DNA from: a virus
Virus record (IMG/VR): IMGVR_UViG_3300042452_000786
Location: 1-64,000 of that record
Direction: 5' to 3' (one strand)
Length of the DNA stretch: 64,000 bases
The notes below the pieces were generated by a model. It saw only the letters and a list, made by a program, of their open reading frames with translations, was not told where the DNA came from and made no database searches. A program made the translations under genes and the position numbers. Positions 36,682 through 47,311 of this stretch are shown piece by piece (positions within the stretch are counted from its first letter, which is position 1; each line of letters opens with the position of its first letter).

Positions 36682-37476
36682 ATGAACACGAGTTTTCTTG
36701 CTGAAGAACTTATGCACTCAGCCGTAGGAGGTGTAAGCAAAAGCTTAATTACAAGGACATTTAAAGAGCAGTACGGTTGCACAGAAGAGGAAGTAGAGCA
36801 ACTAATCCGCTTGTGCCGATTCAAGTCAAAGCCAGACAGGATTGATTACGACAGGTTTTACGATATTCCTTTGACACTGAAAGCAAAAAAATACTGCTAT
36901 CCGTTTACGCAGCTTTACGAAATTGCTGGGTTTCTGCCAGAGAAGGACTGTGAAAAGCTGATTGAGCTAGCAGACGGAAATTTACGGCCGTCTACGGTGG
37001 CCGATCCGACTGACACAGGCACTGTTAACGATTACAGAACAAGCCATACCGCAGACTTTAATTGTTTCACCGATCCTTTGTTTTTTTCAGTAGATAAACG
37101 AATCACGCAAATGCTTGGTCTTTATCCGTTCCTGGGAGAGACTATGCAAGCGCAGAAATATGAGATTGGTCAGTACTACAAAGAGCACTGGGACTTCTTT
37201 AACCCGATTACGGAAGAATATAAAACCTACTGTGAGTGGATGGGACAGAGAACTTGGACTGCAATGATCTATTTAAATGATGTAAAAGAAGGAGGAGAAA
37301 CTTACTTCAAACACTTAAAGTTGCGCATTAAACCTAAAAAAGGAACGCTTATTGCCTGGAATAATCTTTATAGAAACGGCTTACCTAATATGAAAACTAT
37401 GCACGAAGCTTGTCCACCCGTGAGTGGGCCAAAATATGTAATCACTAAATGGTTTCGCAGCTGGAGTTTAATTTAG
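36682..37476 (+). CDS. prolyl 4-hydroxylase-like 2OG-Fe(II) oxygenase
   Basis: RTS, Y..GQYYKEHWD, YLNDVKEGGET.F, HEACP, KYVITKW. Confidence 0.9.
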   Translation: MNTSFLAEELMHSAVGGVSKSLITRTFKEQYGCTEEEVEQLIRLCRFKSKPDRIDYDRFYDIPLTLKAKKYCYPFTQLYEIAGFLPEKDCEKLIELADGNLRPSTVADPTDTGTVNDYRTSHTADFNCFTDPLFFSVDKRITQMLGLYPFLGETMQAQKYEIGQYYKEHWDFFNPITEEYKTYCEWMGQRTWTAMIYLNDVKEGGETYFKHLKLRIKPKKGTLIAWNNLYRNGLPNMKTMHEACPPVSGPKYVITKWFRSWSLI

Positions 37477-37817
37477 TTTGCTGAGATCCTGAATGTGACA
37501 ATAGCATTAGTTCCACCAATTTCTTTGTAGAAATTAGCACGAACTTTTTTCATTGGAAATCCATAACTGTTATAAACGTAGTTACCGTTTTCTTTGATAA
37601 TCTCAGAAAGCAAAGGAGCATATGTCGTTCCATCTAGAGTTCCCTCAAGTCGGACAACTATACTTTCATCGATGTTAGTTACGTTTACATTAAGAGTGTA
37701 GTTTCTTGTCGAAAGATAGTTAATGACATAAACTTCAGCAGGATCGGTGTATCCAGGAAAATCCAAAGCGTCATAAATAAAAAACGCTGTTTGCTGGTAA
37801 CTCTCAAAGAAACTCAT
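37473..37817 (-). CDS. putative structural protein
   Basis: VVRLEGTLDG beta-sandwich motif. Confidence 0.55.
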   Translation of the reverse strand: MSFFESYQQTAFFIYDALDFPGYTDPAEVYVINYLSTRNYTLNVNVTNIDESIVVRLEGTLDGTTYAPLLSEIIKENGNYVYNSYGFPMKKVRANFYKEIGGTNAIVTFRISAN

Positions 37818-37878
37818 TAGCAGTGAATTTTTTTATGACTTGATTAACAGTATGCCGTATGTGATTTCAGCATTACTA

Positions 37879-40497
37879 TCAGTCGTGTGCCTTAATTAGG
37901 ACATAGCCAGGGGTGACGCCTAAGCCAGCTGCGCTTACTCTAACGCGCATCAGTGCAGCGTTGATATCAAGCACGGTCAACTGCACCGTGCTACTAGCCA
38001 CAGCGGTGAGCGGGGTGCCGATTGAATACCAGCTGGCTCCGTTGTCGTCTGAACCTTCCATCTGAAGCGCAGGGGCGGTGGTGGCAGCGCCGATGTTTAC
38101 CACCAGCTGGGCGCGGTTGCCTGCGTCCCTGGTATCGAGGCTTGGCGTCGTCGAGTTTAGTGTGGTCAGCACGATCGAGCGGTCAATCAGCTGGCGCACG
38201 GCTTCGGAGCTGTTGCTGTTCTGCAGGCGGTTGATTGCCCTGGTAAACGATGGCGTGGTGCCGCCCACGGTCTGCACATAGCGCACCCGGTTGCCGACAA
38301 TCCTAATCAGCGGTGAGCGGTAGATTCCCGTGCCGGTAATCCTCGGGAAGTCGTAGACCTTGAACCAGTTGCCGCCCGAATCGTCGGATTCTTCAATCGC
38401 CACATCCAGCGTTGGCGTGCTGCCCGTGACTGCGGTGACCGGGATGCTGACGCTGTAGCTGGTGCCAAATGTCGGCGTGAATGCCGCCGTGGTCGTGGTT
38501 GTTGTCAACGCGGCTGAGGCCACATCCGCGATGATGCCCGGCAGCGCCAGGTTGGCAGAGGTGACGGCTGCAACGGTGCCTGTGCCGATGTTGGCGGTGA
38601 CGGTGCCGCTCACCGGCTGGGTGCCCAACGCACCGCCCAGCACCTGCACCGGCAGCGCATGGCTGCCAACGGGATCGCTACTCGCTACTCGGATCTTCTG
38701 CCGTCCCTGATCCTCAATCTGAATAAATCCGGTTGTCAGTGTGGTGGTGCTGGCCGGCGCAGTGCTGCCGTTCTGCACCACGATGAACAGGTACAGCACC
38801 GTCTCAGGATCGGGGACGTTCTCGATCCTGCTGGCTCGGTTTGTCCACTGGTAACCGGTGTTACTGGCCACCAGCGCATCAGAGAATCCGGCCGTGAGTA
38901 CGTCGAAGTTGATCTGCCCGACATGGCCAGGCGATGCAGTGGTGTTGATCGTGGCGGTGGTGTTGCCGCTGTTCCAGCCACGGCGCTGTGCGTCGAAGCT
39001 GGCATTGGTCGCAGTGGTGCCGCTGTACTCCAGCTGGATGTAATTCCAGCCGTACAGGGTCAGGGTGCCACTACCGGATGCTGGCCATGCTGCAACGGTG
39101 AAGTTAACTGTGAGCCCTGAGACGCTGGCAATGGCATAGCGGCCTGGGATGCCAGCGGCGCCAGTGATTCGCGACAGTCGGACGCCCTGGCCGACATTGG
39201 CCGCTGTGAACGGGTTGGTGGTGGGGAAAGTAACCGTGACGCTGGTGGCGCTGTTGATTGTGTAGGACAGCGCCTCGCCAATGAGATCGGCCAGCTCGTA
39301 TCTGAATGTCTGGTTAGCGATCCTCTGAGACAGGATCACCTTCAGGCGTGCCAGCAATGAGCCTGAGAACGTATCAATCGAGCGGATCACCGTTTCGCTG
39401 TTGGTGGTGGTGCCGGTCGTGATGACAAGGTTCCCGGCCGACTGGTTCACCGTCATGCCGCTGCCCGTCTGCAGCAGGGTGAACTCCTCGGCCGCTTTGC
39501 CGACGATCCCGCTACCGACTTCAGCAAAGCCAGCACGCATAAATGCCGGGGCGCTGTTGGTGACCGGCACAGGCGAGGCCCGCAGCTCGCTGTTAGTCAG
39601 TCCGCTACCGCCAGCTGGCAAAACCACCGGCAGACGGCCGCTGTCCAGTGCCGGAAGCTTCCCGTTCACTGCTGCCAGCGTCGTCTCTGTTGCGGCGCCA
39701 GTCGGAAGCGGTAGGGCACTGGCGCTTACTGGCTGCGTGGCCTGCCAGAACGTGCCAGACACCGGCACCGCCGTGGCTCGCAGCTGGACATCAGTCAGTG
39801 GGCCGGAAACCGTGGGGGTTCCACTGATAGTGACCGCAGGGGTTCCAGTGATCGAAACACTTCCACTGATCGGCTGAGTCGCCTGCCAGAACGTGCCAGA
39901 CACCGGAACTGCCGTGGCTCGGAGCTGCGTGTCCGTGAGCGGGCCGCTTACGGAAACCGCTGCTGCGCGGAGTTGCGCATCAGTTAACGGTCCTGAGACT
40001 GCAGCTGTACCTGTAATTGAAACACTACCGCTGATTGGTTGCGTAACGCCGCTACCATCCACTGGCACGCGACCGCTTACCAGTGCTGGTGTTTTCCCGT
40101 CAATGCTGGTTAAACTGCTGTTACCACTTGTTTGATTGGCTGCAGTAGCTGCGCCTGTTGGCAATGGCAAACTGCTTACACTTGCCGATACAGCAGAAGC
40201 ACGTAATTCCGAATCCGTAAGGCCGCCAGAACTTGTACCTTCTTCTACAAAAATCTGAAGCCTATCACCAGAACTCATTGCACTGGTATCGTAGGTTAAC
40301 GCAAGAGTTGTATTACCCCCACCAGTACTAACTGTTCCCCCTAGAGAATTAACATCAAACTCGTAAATTATAATGTTGTCTGTTACATTTGTAATCAATA
40401 AAAACTTTTCTAACGTATACGTACCAGGAATTGTTACTGTTCCAACAGTAGAAACACCCGGCGTAAAGGTGTAACTTGTAATCAATTTCTTAGCCAT
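37879..40497 (-). CDS. large tail-associated protein with GPLTDxQLRA repeats
   Basis: T/S/G/A-rich; internal repeats (26-nt identical at 39740 and 39881). Confidence 0.75.
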   Translation of the reverse strand: MAKKLITSYTFTPGVSTVGTVTIPGTYTLEKFLLITNVTDNIIIYEFDVNSLGGTVSTGGGNTTLALTYDTSAMSSGDRLQIFVEEGTSSGGLTDSELRASAVSASVSSLPLPTGAATAANQTSGNSSLTSIDGKTPALVSGRVPVDGSGVTQPISGSVSITGTAAVSGPLTDAQLRAAAVSVSGPLTDTQLRATAVPVSGTFWQATQPISGSVSITGTPAVTISGTPTVSGPLTDVQLRATAVPVSGTFWQATQPVSASALPLPTGAATETTLAAVNGKLPALDSGRLPVVLPAGGSGLTNSELRASPVPVTNSAPAFMRAGFAEVGSGIVGKAAEEFTLLQTGSGMTVNQSAGNLVITTGTTTNSETVIRSIDTFSGSLLARLKVILSQRIANQTFRYELADLIGEALSYTINSATSVTVTFPTTNPFTAANVGQGVRLSRITGAAGIPGRYAIASVSGLTVNFTVAAWPASGSGTLTLYGWNYIQLEYSGTTATNASFDAQRRGWNSGNTTATINTTASPGHVGQINFDVLTAGFSDALVASNTGYQWTNRASRIENVPDPETVLYLFIVVQNGSTAPASTTTLTTGFIQIEDQGRQKIRVASSDPVGSHALPVQVLGGALGTQPVSGTVTANIGTGTVAAVTSANLALPGIIADVASAALTTTTTTAAFTPTFGTSYSVSIPVTAVTGSTPTLDVAIEESDDSGGNWFKVYDFPRITGTGIYRSPLIRIVGNRVRYVQTVGGTTPSFTRAINRLQNSNSSEAVRQLIDRSIVLTTLNSTTPSLDTRDAGNRAQLVVNIGAATTAPALQMEGSDDNGASWYSIGTPLTAVASSTVQLTVLDINAALMRVRVSAAGLGVTPGYVLIKAHD

Positions 40498-40669
40498 TAG
40501 CTTAAAGCAATAACAAAGGGAACGGGGTTTTTGCCAGGGGCTCCAGCTGGTCCTGTATTTCCGATATCTCCTTTAGGTCCTTGCGGTCCAGCTGTGACAA
40601 CTTTGACAACTTCTGTTTGTACAGTTTTAACAAGGACGTTATTAATTGGAGTTGTTATGAGAATTGTTG

Positions 40670-41008
40670 TCATGCTGTGTAACCCTCAGAAACGTAAAAA
40701 GTCCCTTCTAAATAATACTCTTTTCTTCCGCTTGGATTTGTTAATAGCACATCGTAGTAACACTTATCAGGCAAAGAAGTTGTTTGCGTATCTGTAAGAC
40801 TAAGCAAAATTTGTCCGTTAGGTCTACTTGTATATGTGACGGTAAAATCAACGTACTTTGTTGTACGGGTCAAGTCCCAAATTTGAGATGCAACAGTCCA
40901 ACCAGTTAAGTTAATGTTGGTGTTTTCTTCATCGATAAACTGCAGCGACATGTCATAAACAGCACGCCGCTGTATGGTGTCATCAAATTTGGCTGGGTGG
41001 ACCGACAT
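40670..41008 (-). CDS. BppU-N-like baseplate/tail adaptor
   Basis: INLTGWTV.SQI...GQILLSL..TQT...YYDVLLT...LEG. Confidence 0.65.
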   Translation of the reverse strand: MSVHPAKFDDTIQRRAVYDMSLQFIDEENTNINLTGWTVASQIWDLTRTTKYVDFTVTYTSRPNGQILLSLTDTQTTSLPDKCYYDVLLTNPSGRKEYYLEGTFYVSEGYTA

Positions 41009-41059
41009 ATTAAAGCTTATTAGCCACTTTTAACTACCCCAATTTTAAGTGGGAAACAT

Positions 41060-41356
41060 TTAAAAAAACACCCGCACTGGCTGTTCAGGCGTGACGACAT
41101 AGACGTCCCACCCTTCAGGCAGCTCACCGATGTAGTTGACGTGCCAGCCGTTCAACAGCACGGGTGGGGTAAGCACCTCGCCGGTCTCGGGGTCGTAGGT
41201 GCCTCCTGTGTAGATGGGGCCGATGACATCCAAGGCGTGCGTGTGGCTGGCGGTGAGCACCACGGTGTCGCCGTCTTCATTGGTGGTGGTAAGGCCAGCA
41301 GCATCCAGCGCAGCCATGCCGGTGGATTCGTCGGGGAAGCGGATGTAGTGCGTCAT
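41060..41356 (-). CDS. tail fibre-associated small protein
   Basis: YIRFPDE...DVIG.I...GWHVN...P.RVF. Confidence 0.6.
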   Translation of the reverse strand: MTHYIRFPDESTGMAALDAAGLTTTNEDGDTVVLTASHTHALDVIGPIYTGGTYDPETGEVLTPPVLLNGWHVNYIGELPEGWDVYVVTPEQPVRVFF

Positions 41357-42393
41357 TGCGTGATCGCCTGCAAAGTGCTGTTGGGGAGGCGCTGGGGCCA
41401 GTAGGTGAGGCGGCGGATGGTGCCGTTGAAGTATGAGCTGGATACAGTTTCAAAACCAATCCGAGCCGTAGTTACCAAAGGCATGGATCCAGTAGCACTG
41501 GTTGCAACCGTTGATCCTGCAAGAACCACCCCAAAATCATTTACCTTGAATGCTGCGGCAGTTTTTCCTGATTGGCCGGGGGTGTAAGCATTTGTTGTAG
41601 TTGAAACTGATGAAACGCCACCGCTAACAACGTTCAGTCGGATTGTCTTTGCGCCTGGCAGCCTGTACTGCAAACCGATGTAGTTGTTATTTGTGCCGTC
41701 GTCAAAGTACGCGGGATTGGGCCAATGGCTTCCTGTGCTTGGATCACACTTCCACTCCGCAAACACCGTCCCCTCATCCTGCCGATACCAGGAGCTGAAG
41801 TTTGCCCCCGTGATGCTGGCAACGTCCGCGCTGCGGGTGGCTGCGGCGGTGGTGGTGGGGATGTAGCTGGTGGCAAAGGCGCCGGCTTCTAGTTGGGCGC
41901 TGGTGACACTGCCTGTCACCGTCAGCGTCAACGTGCCAGCAGATGGCGTAAATGTCAGTGTTGTCCGCGCCGGAAACGCACCGCTACCAACAGCTGGGCC
42001 TGCCGTGCTTGCTCCAGAAAGTGTGACAGTCCCCGAGCCGTAAAAGGACAAGGTGTGAGCGACCGCTGTAACGGTGACTGATTGAGTCGATAGCGTTGCT
42101 GTATTCAGTAGCAGATTCGTCCTCTGCTCCTCCGGCAGCAGGCCTAGGCTTTCGCCGGTCGTGGGGTTGTGGTCAAACCTCGGCACATCCACAGCTGCCG
42201 TCTGCAGCGTTCCCGCACTGTCGATGTAGGTTGCGCTGCTGGCGCGAGTAAACGTAACTAAATTTAGACCAGTTGCAGAATCAATTAAACTTTTAGTAGA
42301 CGCAAAGTTTAAATCTAGAACAGCAGATTTAAAAGTATTTGAAACAAAACTGCCAACAGCGGCGCCACGTGCACTAGGAATTGCTAAAAACAT
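41353..42393 (-). CDS. head/tail fibre protein with ConA/LamG-like domain
   Basis: TFTRASSATY, PRFDH, GLL.EEQRTN, QLE.G.FATSYIPT. Confidence 0.75.
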   Translation of the reverse strand: MFLAIPSARGAAVGSFVSNTFKSAVLDLNFASTKSLIDSATGLNLVTFTRASSATYIDSAGTLQTAAVDVPRFDHNPTTGESLGLLPEEQRTNLLLNTATLSTQSVTVTAVAHTLSFYGSGTVTLSGASTAGPAVGSGAFPARTTLTFTPSAGTLTLTVTGSVTSAQLEAGAFATSYIPTTTAAATRSADVASITGANFSSWYRQDEGTVFAEWKCDPSTGSHWPNPAYFDDGTNNNYIGLQYRLPGAKTIRLNVVSGGVSSVSTTTNAYTPGQSGKTAAAFKVNDFGVVLAGSTVATSATGSMPLVTTARIGFETVSSSYFNGTIRRLTYWPQRLPNSTLQAITQ

Positions 42394-42398
42394 ATTTA

Positions 42399-42803
42399 TC
42401 AGGAAGTGGTATCACCAGCAAACAAGTACTCGTTTGCAACAACGCTAATTAACGATGAAACAGAATATTGCCCGCTAGTTTTATTTGCACTGGACCTTAA
42501 ACGCAAAGTGACGCCTGCACCAGCAGAAACCGCAACCTGACCTGTACCGTACTGAACAACGCTGCAGTTAAATCCAACGCCTAATCCACTTGGGATTGTT
42601 AAAGTAACTGCGGAACCGTTTGTAAAAACAATGACTTTACCGTTATCTGTTGTCTTTAAAGTATACGTTGTACCTGATTGAGTGTTAATAGCTTGCGCTG
42701 TAAACTGATAGTTATCAGCAAAAATGCCAGGAACATCAACATAGGAATTAAAAACCATTATCCCGTTGCTTGGGTTAAGTGAAACGTATCCAGAGATGTC
42801 CAT
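42399..42803 (-). CDS. small tail fibre-like protein
   Basis: TYTL..TDNGK...QYGTGQV. Confidence 0.6.
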   Translation of the reverse strand: MDISGYVSLNPSNGIMVFNSYVDVPGIFADNYQFTAQAINTQSGTTYTLKTTDNGKVIVFTNGSAVTLTIPSGLGVGFNCSVVQYGTGQVAVSAGAGVTLRLRSSANKTSGQYSVSSLISVVANEYLFAGDTTS

Positions 42804-42842
42804 AGTAAATTTTTATCTTGAGTCAATTTTAAAGCAAGATAA

Positions 42843-45767
42843 TCAAGCTTGTGCTTCTGTCCAGGACATACGCGCCTGGATGGAGTTAGTAGCAACTGAA
42901 CTTACATTTGTTACCCTAACGGTAACCACATCTGGACCATCAGGATAAAGATTCGCAACAGTAGTAGGAACGTTAGCGTTTACGCCACCGCCAAGAATAC
43001 TTGTACCTAAATCACGAACAAGAGTAAGTTCCTGTTGAACAACGGATGGAGTGTATACAAAGAATGAGAAGATGCTTTCACCGCCCGTCACAGTTGTGCC
43101 AGCTGAATGGTAGGAGACCTGTGCCAGGCTAGAGCCGCCAGCTGCCGAAAAAGTTCCGGAGCTTACCCGACCATTGAGGATGAGTTCAACGCGGAAGATA
43201 GCAGCGGTCCCAGTAGCAGCGATGTCCATCTGGCGCAAAGTCAGCTGCATACGATTAATCAGGTCTCTTGCACCAAGAGCACCGATCAAACCAGAGTCAA
43301 CGCTTGGTGCCAGGCGAACACTCATTAGAGCAACAGTACCGCTTGCAGCAATGTTAGTCAAGGCTGTTGTCATGCCAGCCTGGAATACGAATGATTTGTC
43401 GTCGTCGTAACGACCATCCATGATTACAGCGGAGCCCCAGTGCGAAAGCGTAGAAGCAAATTGCGCGGGGAAGGATGCAACCTGTACTGGTGCAGTTGCA
43501 CTATATGTAAAAGTTTGAGCTGTAGCTGCGCCGCCACCGCTGCTTAAACCACCAGAACCACTGATGTTTGTAACAGCCCTGGTCAAACCAGTAAACGTTG
43601 TTGCTGTCTTGCTGTTGTAACGGATGTATTCAATTGCAGCACCTGTATTACCCGGCGCAGTAACAATTACAACACCTGACTGCGGAAAGTTAGCGGTGCT
43701 TGCAACTGTAAGCGTGCTGAGTTCTGTGTTAGAAAGAGTTGCAGCTAACGTCGTAAAAAGCGGAATAGTATTGCACTCATAACGAGAGCACATGTTGCCG
43801 GAACGCATGTAAGCTTCCGTATTACGGTTGCTGTTAGAAATGCGGTGACAATAAATGACCTCACCGTTTTGATCTTTAAAGCCGAAGCGAATTGCGCCAG
43901 CACCGTACCAGGAGTAATCGATATACATCATCTGCATCTTTGTAAGATCCAGATTGAATCCGGCGCTTCCAGTGCCGTTGCAACGATCAAGATTCCACTG
44001 AGATTGCGAATATCTTTCATCAATACGCTTACTGGCAATACAGTTTGAAACGTTTGTAGCAGAACGGTATTCAGGATAAATAACCATTGAAGTATTACTG
44101 CTAATCGATTGGACCAAATAGGTCATGCCTCGAATAACAACGTAATCACCAGGAACTAACTGCTGTGCAAATTGAGTATTTGTACCGGTTACAGAACCAG
44201 AACCGGAGTTTACTGCCAGAGTTCCAGAAAGCTGTTTCGTACTGCTCCGTTTAACGGCGTACAAGGTTTGTCCATCAAACTCAAAAAAGAATCCGTTTTG
44301 TTCATCAAAAAGACCAATACGACTGCGAGCGCCGTACCAACCAGAAGGCGAAACAATGATAGCAGAACCTGTAGCTGTAGCAGCACTAGGAGTAGATGCT
44401 GCAGTGTAAGTAAAACTCAAGTCAGTTGGAACAGTTTGGACAAGAAACGTTCCGTTGTAAGCAGTTTCATTGCAACCAGTAACCACAACATAGGGTCCAC
44501 CTGGGACTGGATAGAGAGTTGATGTTGAGCCAGCAGCTGCAGTAATAGTTCCAGTTGGTGCGCTTCTTACATCAAACTGGAACACAGTCGGACTAAGAAC
44601 AGCTTTAACTGTCCAATTGCCATTAGGAGGGTTTGTAGTCGCTGTTGTACCTGTCACAAAAACAGGGTCACCAACAGCAAAACCGTGCGGGTTTGTCGTT
44701 GTGCAGTTGATTGTTAAACTGTTGTTGATGAATTGTGAATAGGTAAACGCCAGGCCTGCACCAGCGTTAACAGCAATGCCAGTGTCAGAGACGTAAGACG
44801 GGTTTAAGTTGTGTGGGAATTTAAGGTTGACAGTGACAGTAGCGCCAGAAGAAGTAATCGAATCTACGTTAAATTCTGGTTTTACGCATGTACCAGTACT
44901 GAATTGAATGCCTTTACCGGACTGGTAACGGAAATAACGACGCGTTTGGCGAATCAGTTGGTTACCTGAATAAGGATAGCCAGCAGTAAAAGCAACGCCA
45001 CCATCAAACGAACGATGGATAATGCTTCCGTACGGACGAGGATAAAGGTTGGTAGAACCTGCAGTGTTATTGATTGTGCCTGTTGGAGCGTTGATTACTG
45101 CAAAAGTAAACGTATTAGATGTTGGAGTAGTACGTACAACCCACGAACCGTTAGGTGGGTTTGTTGTTGCAGTAGTGCCAACAACATAAACGGCATCACC
45201 GATGCTTAAGCCGTGGGCATTTGTTGTTGTACAGGTAATAGTTGTAGTCGAAAAAGTAAATGCAGTTGTACCTGTTAACGGAATACCCGAGCCCGTATAA
45301 AAGTTACCGCTGAAAATATACGTTTTTGTTGCGTCAAAAATTGAACCAGCACCAATTGTATTAGTTGCTACATACGTAAAGTTCACACCAGCGCTGACAG
45401 TGTTTACTAGGAACCAACCGTCAGCCAAAGGATTGGTCGTACTCTGGACGTAAATAGGCGTACCGACTGCGGGAGGCGTGGTCGTCAGAACAGTGACAAC
45501 GCGTGTGCCAGCGCCGGATACACCTGTAATGGTTAACGGTGTAGTAACGTCATAGAATGCACTGGGCCGGTTACTTAACAGGTTCAGCGATTCCCACTTA
45601 GTTGACTGAGTGCTGTATTCAAAGTCAGTATCGATCAGTGCCTGCGGCGTAGAAACACGCAGTTTGCCCACAGGGTCCTGCAGAGTTTCACTGGGGGCAA
45701 TCGGAACGGGATTATAGAAACGATCAGTCCCGTCCGGGAACATGTGCTGAAAAGATGTAGCAGGCAC
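42843..45767 (-). CDS. large virion structural protein with HG(L/F)xxG beta-repeats
   Basis: 974 aa; DPVGKLRVSTP core paralogous to 17639-18952. Confidence 0.75.
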   Translation of the reverse strand: MPATSFQHMFPDGTDRFYNPVPIAPSETLQDPVGKLRVSTPQALIDTDFEYSTQSTKWESLNLLSNRPSAFYDVTTPLTITGVSGAGTRVVTVLTTTPPAVGTPIYVQSTTNPLADGWFLVNTVSAGVNFTYVATNTIGAGSIFDATKTYIFSGNFYTGSGIPLTGTTAFTFSTTTITCTTTNAHGLSIGDAVYVVGTTATTNPPNGSWVVRTTPTSNTFTFAVINAPTGTINNTAGSTNLYPRPYGSIIHRSFDGGVAFTAGYPYSGNQLIRQTRRYFRYQSGKGIQFSTGTCVKPEFNVDSITSSGATVTVNLKFPHNLNPSYVSDTGIAVNAGAGLAFTYSQFINNSLTINCTTTNPHGFAVGDPVFVTGTTATTNPPNGNWTVKAVLSPTVFQFDVRSAPTGTITAAAGSTSTLYPVPGGPYVVVTGCNETAYNGTFLVQTVPTDLSFTYTAASTPSAATATGSAIIVSPSGWYGARSRIGLFDEQNGFFFEFDGQTLYAVKRSSTKQLSGTLAVNSGSGSVTGTNTQFAQQLVPGDYVVIRGMTYLVQSISSNTSMVIYPEYRSATNVSNCIASKRIDERYSQSQWNLDRCNGTGSAGFNLDLTKMQMMYIDYSWYGAGAIRFGFKDQNGEVIYCHRISNSNRNTEAYMRSGNMCSRYECNTIPLFTTLAATLSNTELSTLTVASTANFPQSGVVIVTAPGNTGAAIEYIRYNSKTATTFTGLTRAVTNISGSGGLSSGGGAATAQTFTYSATAPVQVASFPAQFASTLSHWGSAVIMDGRYDDDKSFVFQAGMTTALTNIAASGTVALMSVRLAPSVDSGLIGALGARDLINRMQLTLRQMDIAATGTAAIFRVELILNGRVSSGTFSAAGGSSLAQVSYHSAGTTVTGGESIFSFFVYTPSVVQQELTLVRDLGTSILGGGVNANVPTTVANLYPDGPDVVTVRVTNVSSVATNSIQARMSWTEAQA

Positions 45768-45830
45768 TGGCTTACTATTAATCTAGGCTGTTTAAATTCT
45801 AGCAGCGTTGTCAATTAAGCAGAAATTCTT

Positions 45831-46286
45831 TTAGCAACCAAGGTTAGATTTAAGCAGCCATTGGAATTTTTTGTGCGCACGCGCCCGCTCTACTGCCAAA
45901 TCAAGAGTTAGGTCATCGCCAATAGCACCAGCTTGCTTTGCAATTTCAGCAAATTTATCTGCTAACAGATCAGAGTTTGCTGCCAGTGTGCCGATCAAAC
46001 CTTCCTGATCAAAGCAGTCGTCTGGAACAGCAGGAAGTGTGGAATAGTTGAGGTCTTCAACTGTTTTAGGAGCAGCAATATCCAAAGAACGAAGATGCTC
46101 AGCGATTGCATCAAGGCCATCTTGAAGCTCTTCATACATTGACTCCGTCAGTTTATGGATTGAGTAGAACTTACAGCCGATTAAATTCCAGTGCACAATA
46201 TACGTCTGATTAAGCAAGTAAGACGTATCACGCAATGCTTGCACCAATGCAATGTAGCAACCTGTTTTTTTGTCTGTTTTAGCCAT
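45831..46286 (-). CDS. dps: Dps family DNA-protection / mini-ferritin
   Basis: HWN..G..FYSIH...E.MYEEL...LDAIAEH ferroxidase motif; KFQWLL. Confidence 0.88.
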   Translation of the reverse strand: MAKTDKKTGCYIALVQALRDTSYLLNQTYIVHWNLIGCKFYSIHKLTESMYEELQDGLDAIAEHLRSLDIAAPKTVEDLNYSTLPAVPDDCFDQEGLIGTLAANSDLLADKFAEIAKQAGAIGDDLTLDLAVERARAHKKFQWLLKSNLGC

Positions 46287-46291
46287 AAGTG

Positions 46292-46591
46292 TCACCATTT
46301 TTCACGATTAGCCCAATATGCAGCTGAACCTTTGCCTTTAGCAATGTTTTTAGCATGTCGAGCTTTAAAACTTGCACGTTTTTGTTTCATGCGTTCAGAC
46401 TCACCTTCTTTAGGTTTGCCTGCTGTTTCTGCACCTTGCTCCCCAAACCGAATGATCTTTTCGCCGCCAGTGACATCTTTCCCGCACGCTTTAACAACAT
46501 GAGATTTGGTGGGATGCCCTGGAGTGCGGACAGGTTTATTGCACTGCATGTGTGCTTTGGATAGCTTTTTTGCTTTAGCTCGATCAGACAT
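46292..46591 (-). CDS. basic conserved phage protein (KIIRFG...FKARH...AAYWA)
   Basis: Recognisable widespread phage family; Lys-rich. Confidence 0.7.
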   Translation of the reverse strand: MSDRAKAKKLSKAHMQCNKPVRTPGHPTKSHVVKACGKDVTGGEKIIRFGEQGAETAGKPKEGESERMKQKRASFKARHAKNIAKGKGSAAYWANREKW

Positions 46592-46593
46592 TG

Positions 46594-46782
46594 TCAGACC
46601 TTGATTACCCCACGGGCTACTTTGTCATTAACACTGTCAGGAACTTCACCCTTTGTTAACTGATCGAACCCAGACGGAATCCGTCCCTTCTGCAAGGAAT
46701 CAATGCTGTCGATATAGTTAGCAAGAAAAACCGTTGAGTCGCGTTTAGCTTGCGATCCATCCGATGTAGGAATCACTGGCAA
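46594..46782 (-). CDS. small hypothetical protein
   Basis: Contains VFLANYID. Confidence 0.45.
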   Translation of the reverse strand: MPVIPTSDGSQAKRDSTVFLANYIDSIDSLQKGRIPSGFDQLTKGEVPDSVNDKVARGVIKV

Positions 46783-47155
46783 TGTACGGAATAGCCGCGT
46801 CAGTTTGCGGTAGCTTTATGGAACAAGGTTTTTGCTCCATCCATTGCTTTAGTTTACCAAGCCTCTCCTCCGAGTAACAGGGATGGCTGTCTGTATACCA
46901 GACTTCAAGAAGAGTCGACGCTTTCGACTTGTTGCAGTTTGTACAACAACAAGCTAGGTTGTTTTTTACGTTATGACCACCTCTATGTTTTGGTAAGATA
47001 TGGTCAATCGTAGCCGTACCTTCGCTTAATTGTTTATCGCAGTAAGCACATTTCCATTGCCACTCTTCAAAGATGTGCTGTCTGAATTTTCGACGCGCAA
47101 GCTTAGGACTGAGAACAATAAGATTTGCTAAAAGGTCTTGCTCACAGTGGAACAT
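46745..47155 (-). CDS. HNH endonuclease
   Basis: CAYC...TIDHILPKHRGG....NLACCCTNCN. Confidence 0.88.
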   Translation of the reverse strand: MFHCEQDLLANLIVLSPKLARRKFRQHIFEEWQWKCAYCDKQLSEGTATIDHILPKHRGGHNVKNNLACCCTNCNKSKASTLLEVWYTDSHPCYSEERLGKLKQWMEQKPCSIKLPQTDAAIPYIASDSYIGWIAS

Positions 47156-47225
47156 GTCTGTCATGCATCCATGACAAAACTGTATGGTGCATACACCTGC
47201 CTTTTGCGCTATGCTTTTGTCGCCA

Positions 47226-47309
47226 GGGAGCATGGCGGAATTGGTAGACGCAGCGGATTTAAAATCCGCAGGCGGCAACGCTGTGGGGGTTCAAGTCCCC
47301 CTGCTCCCA
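47226..47309 (+). tRNA. trnL: tRNA-Leu(UAA)
   Basis: Acceptor GGGAGCA/TGCTCCC, anticodon arm GCGGA-TTTAAAA-TCCGC, long variable arm, TTCAAGT T-loop; no intron, no encoded CCA. Confidence 0.95.
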
Positions 47310-47311
47310 TT

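Noticed and set aside
47226-47309. Group I intron in tRNA-Leu(UAA), as in many cyanobacteria
   Set aside because: The anticodon loop is continuous
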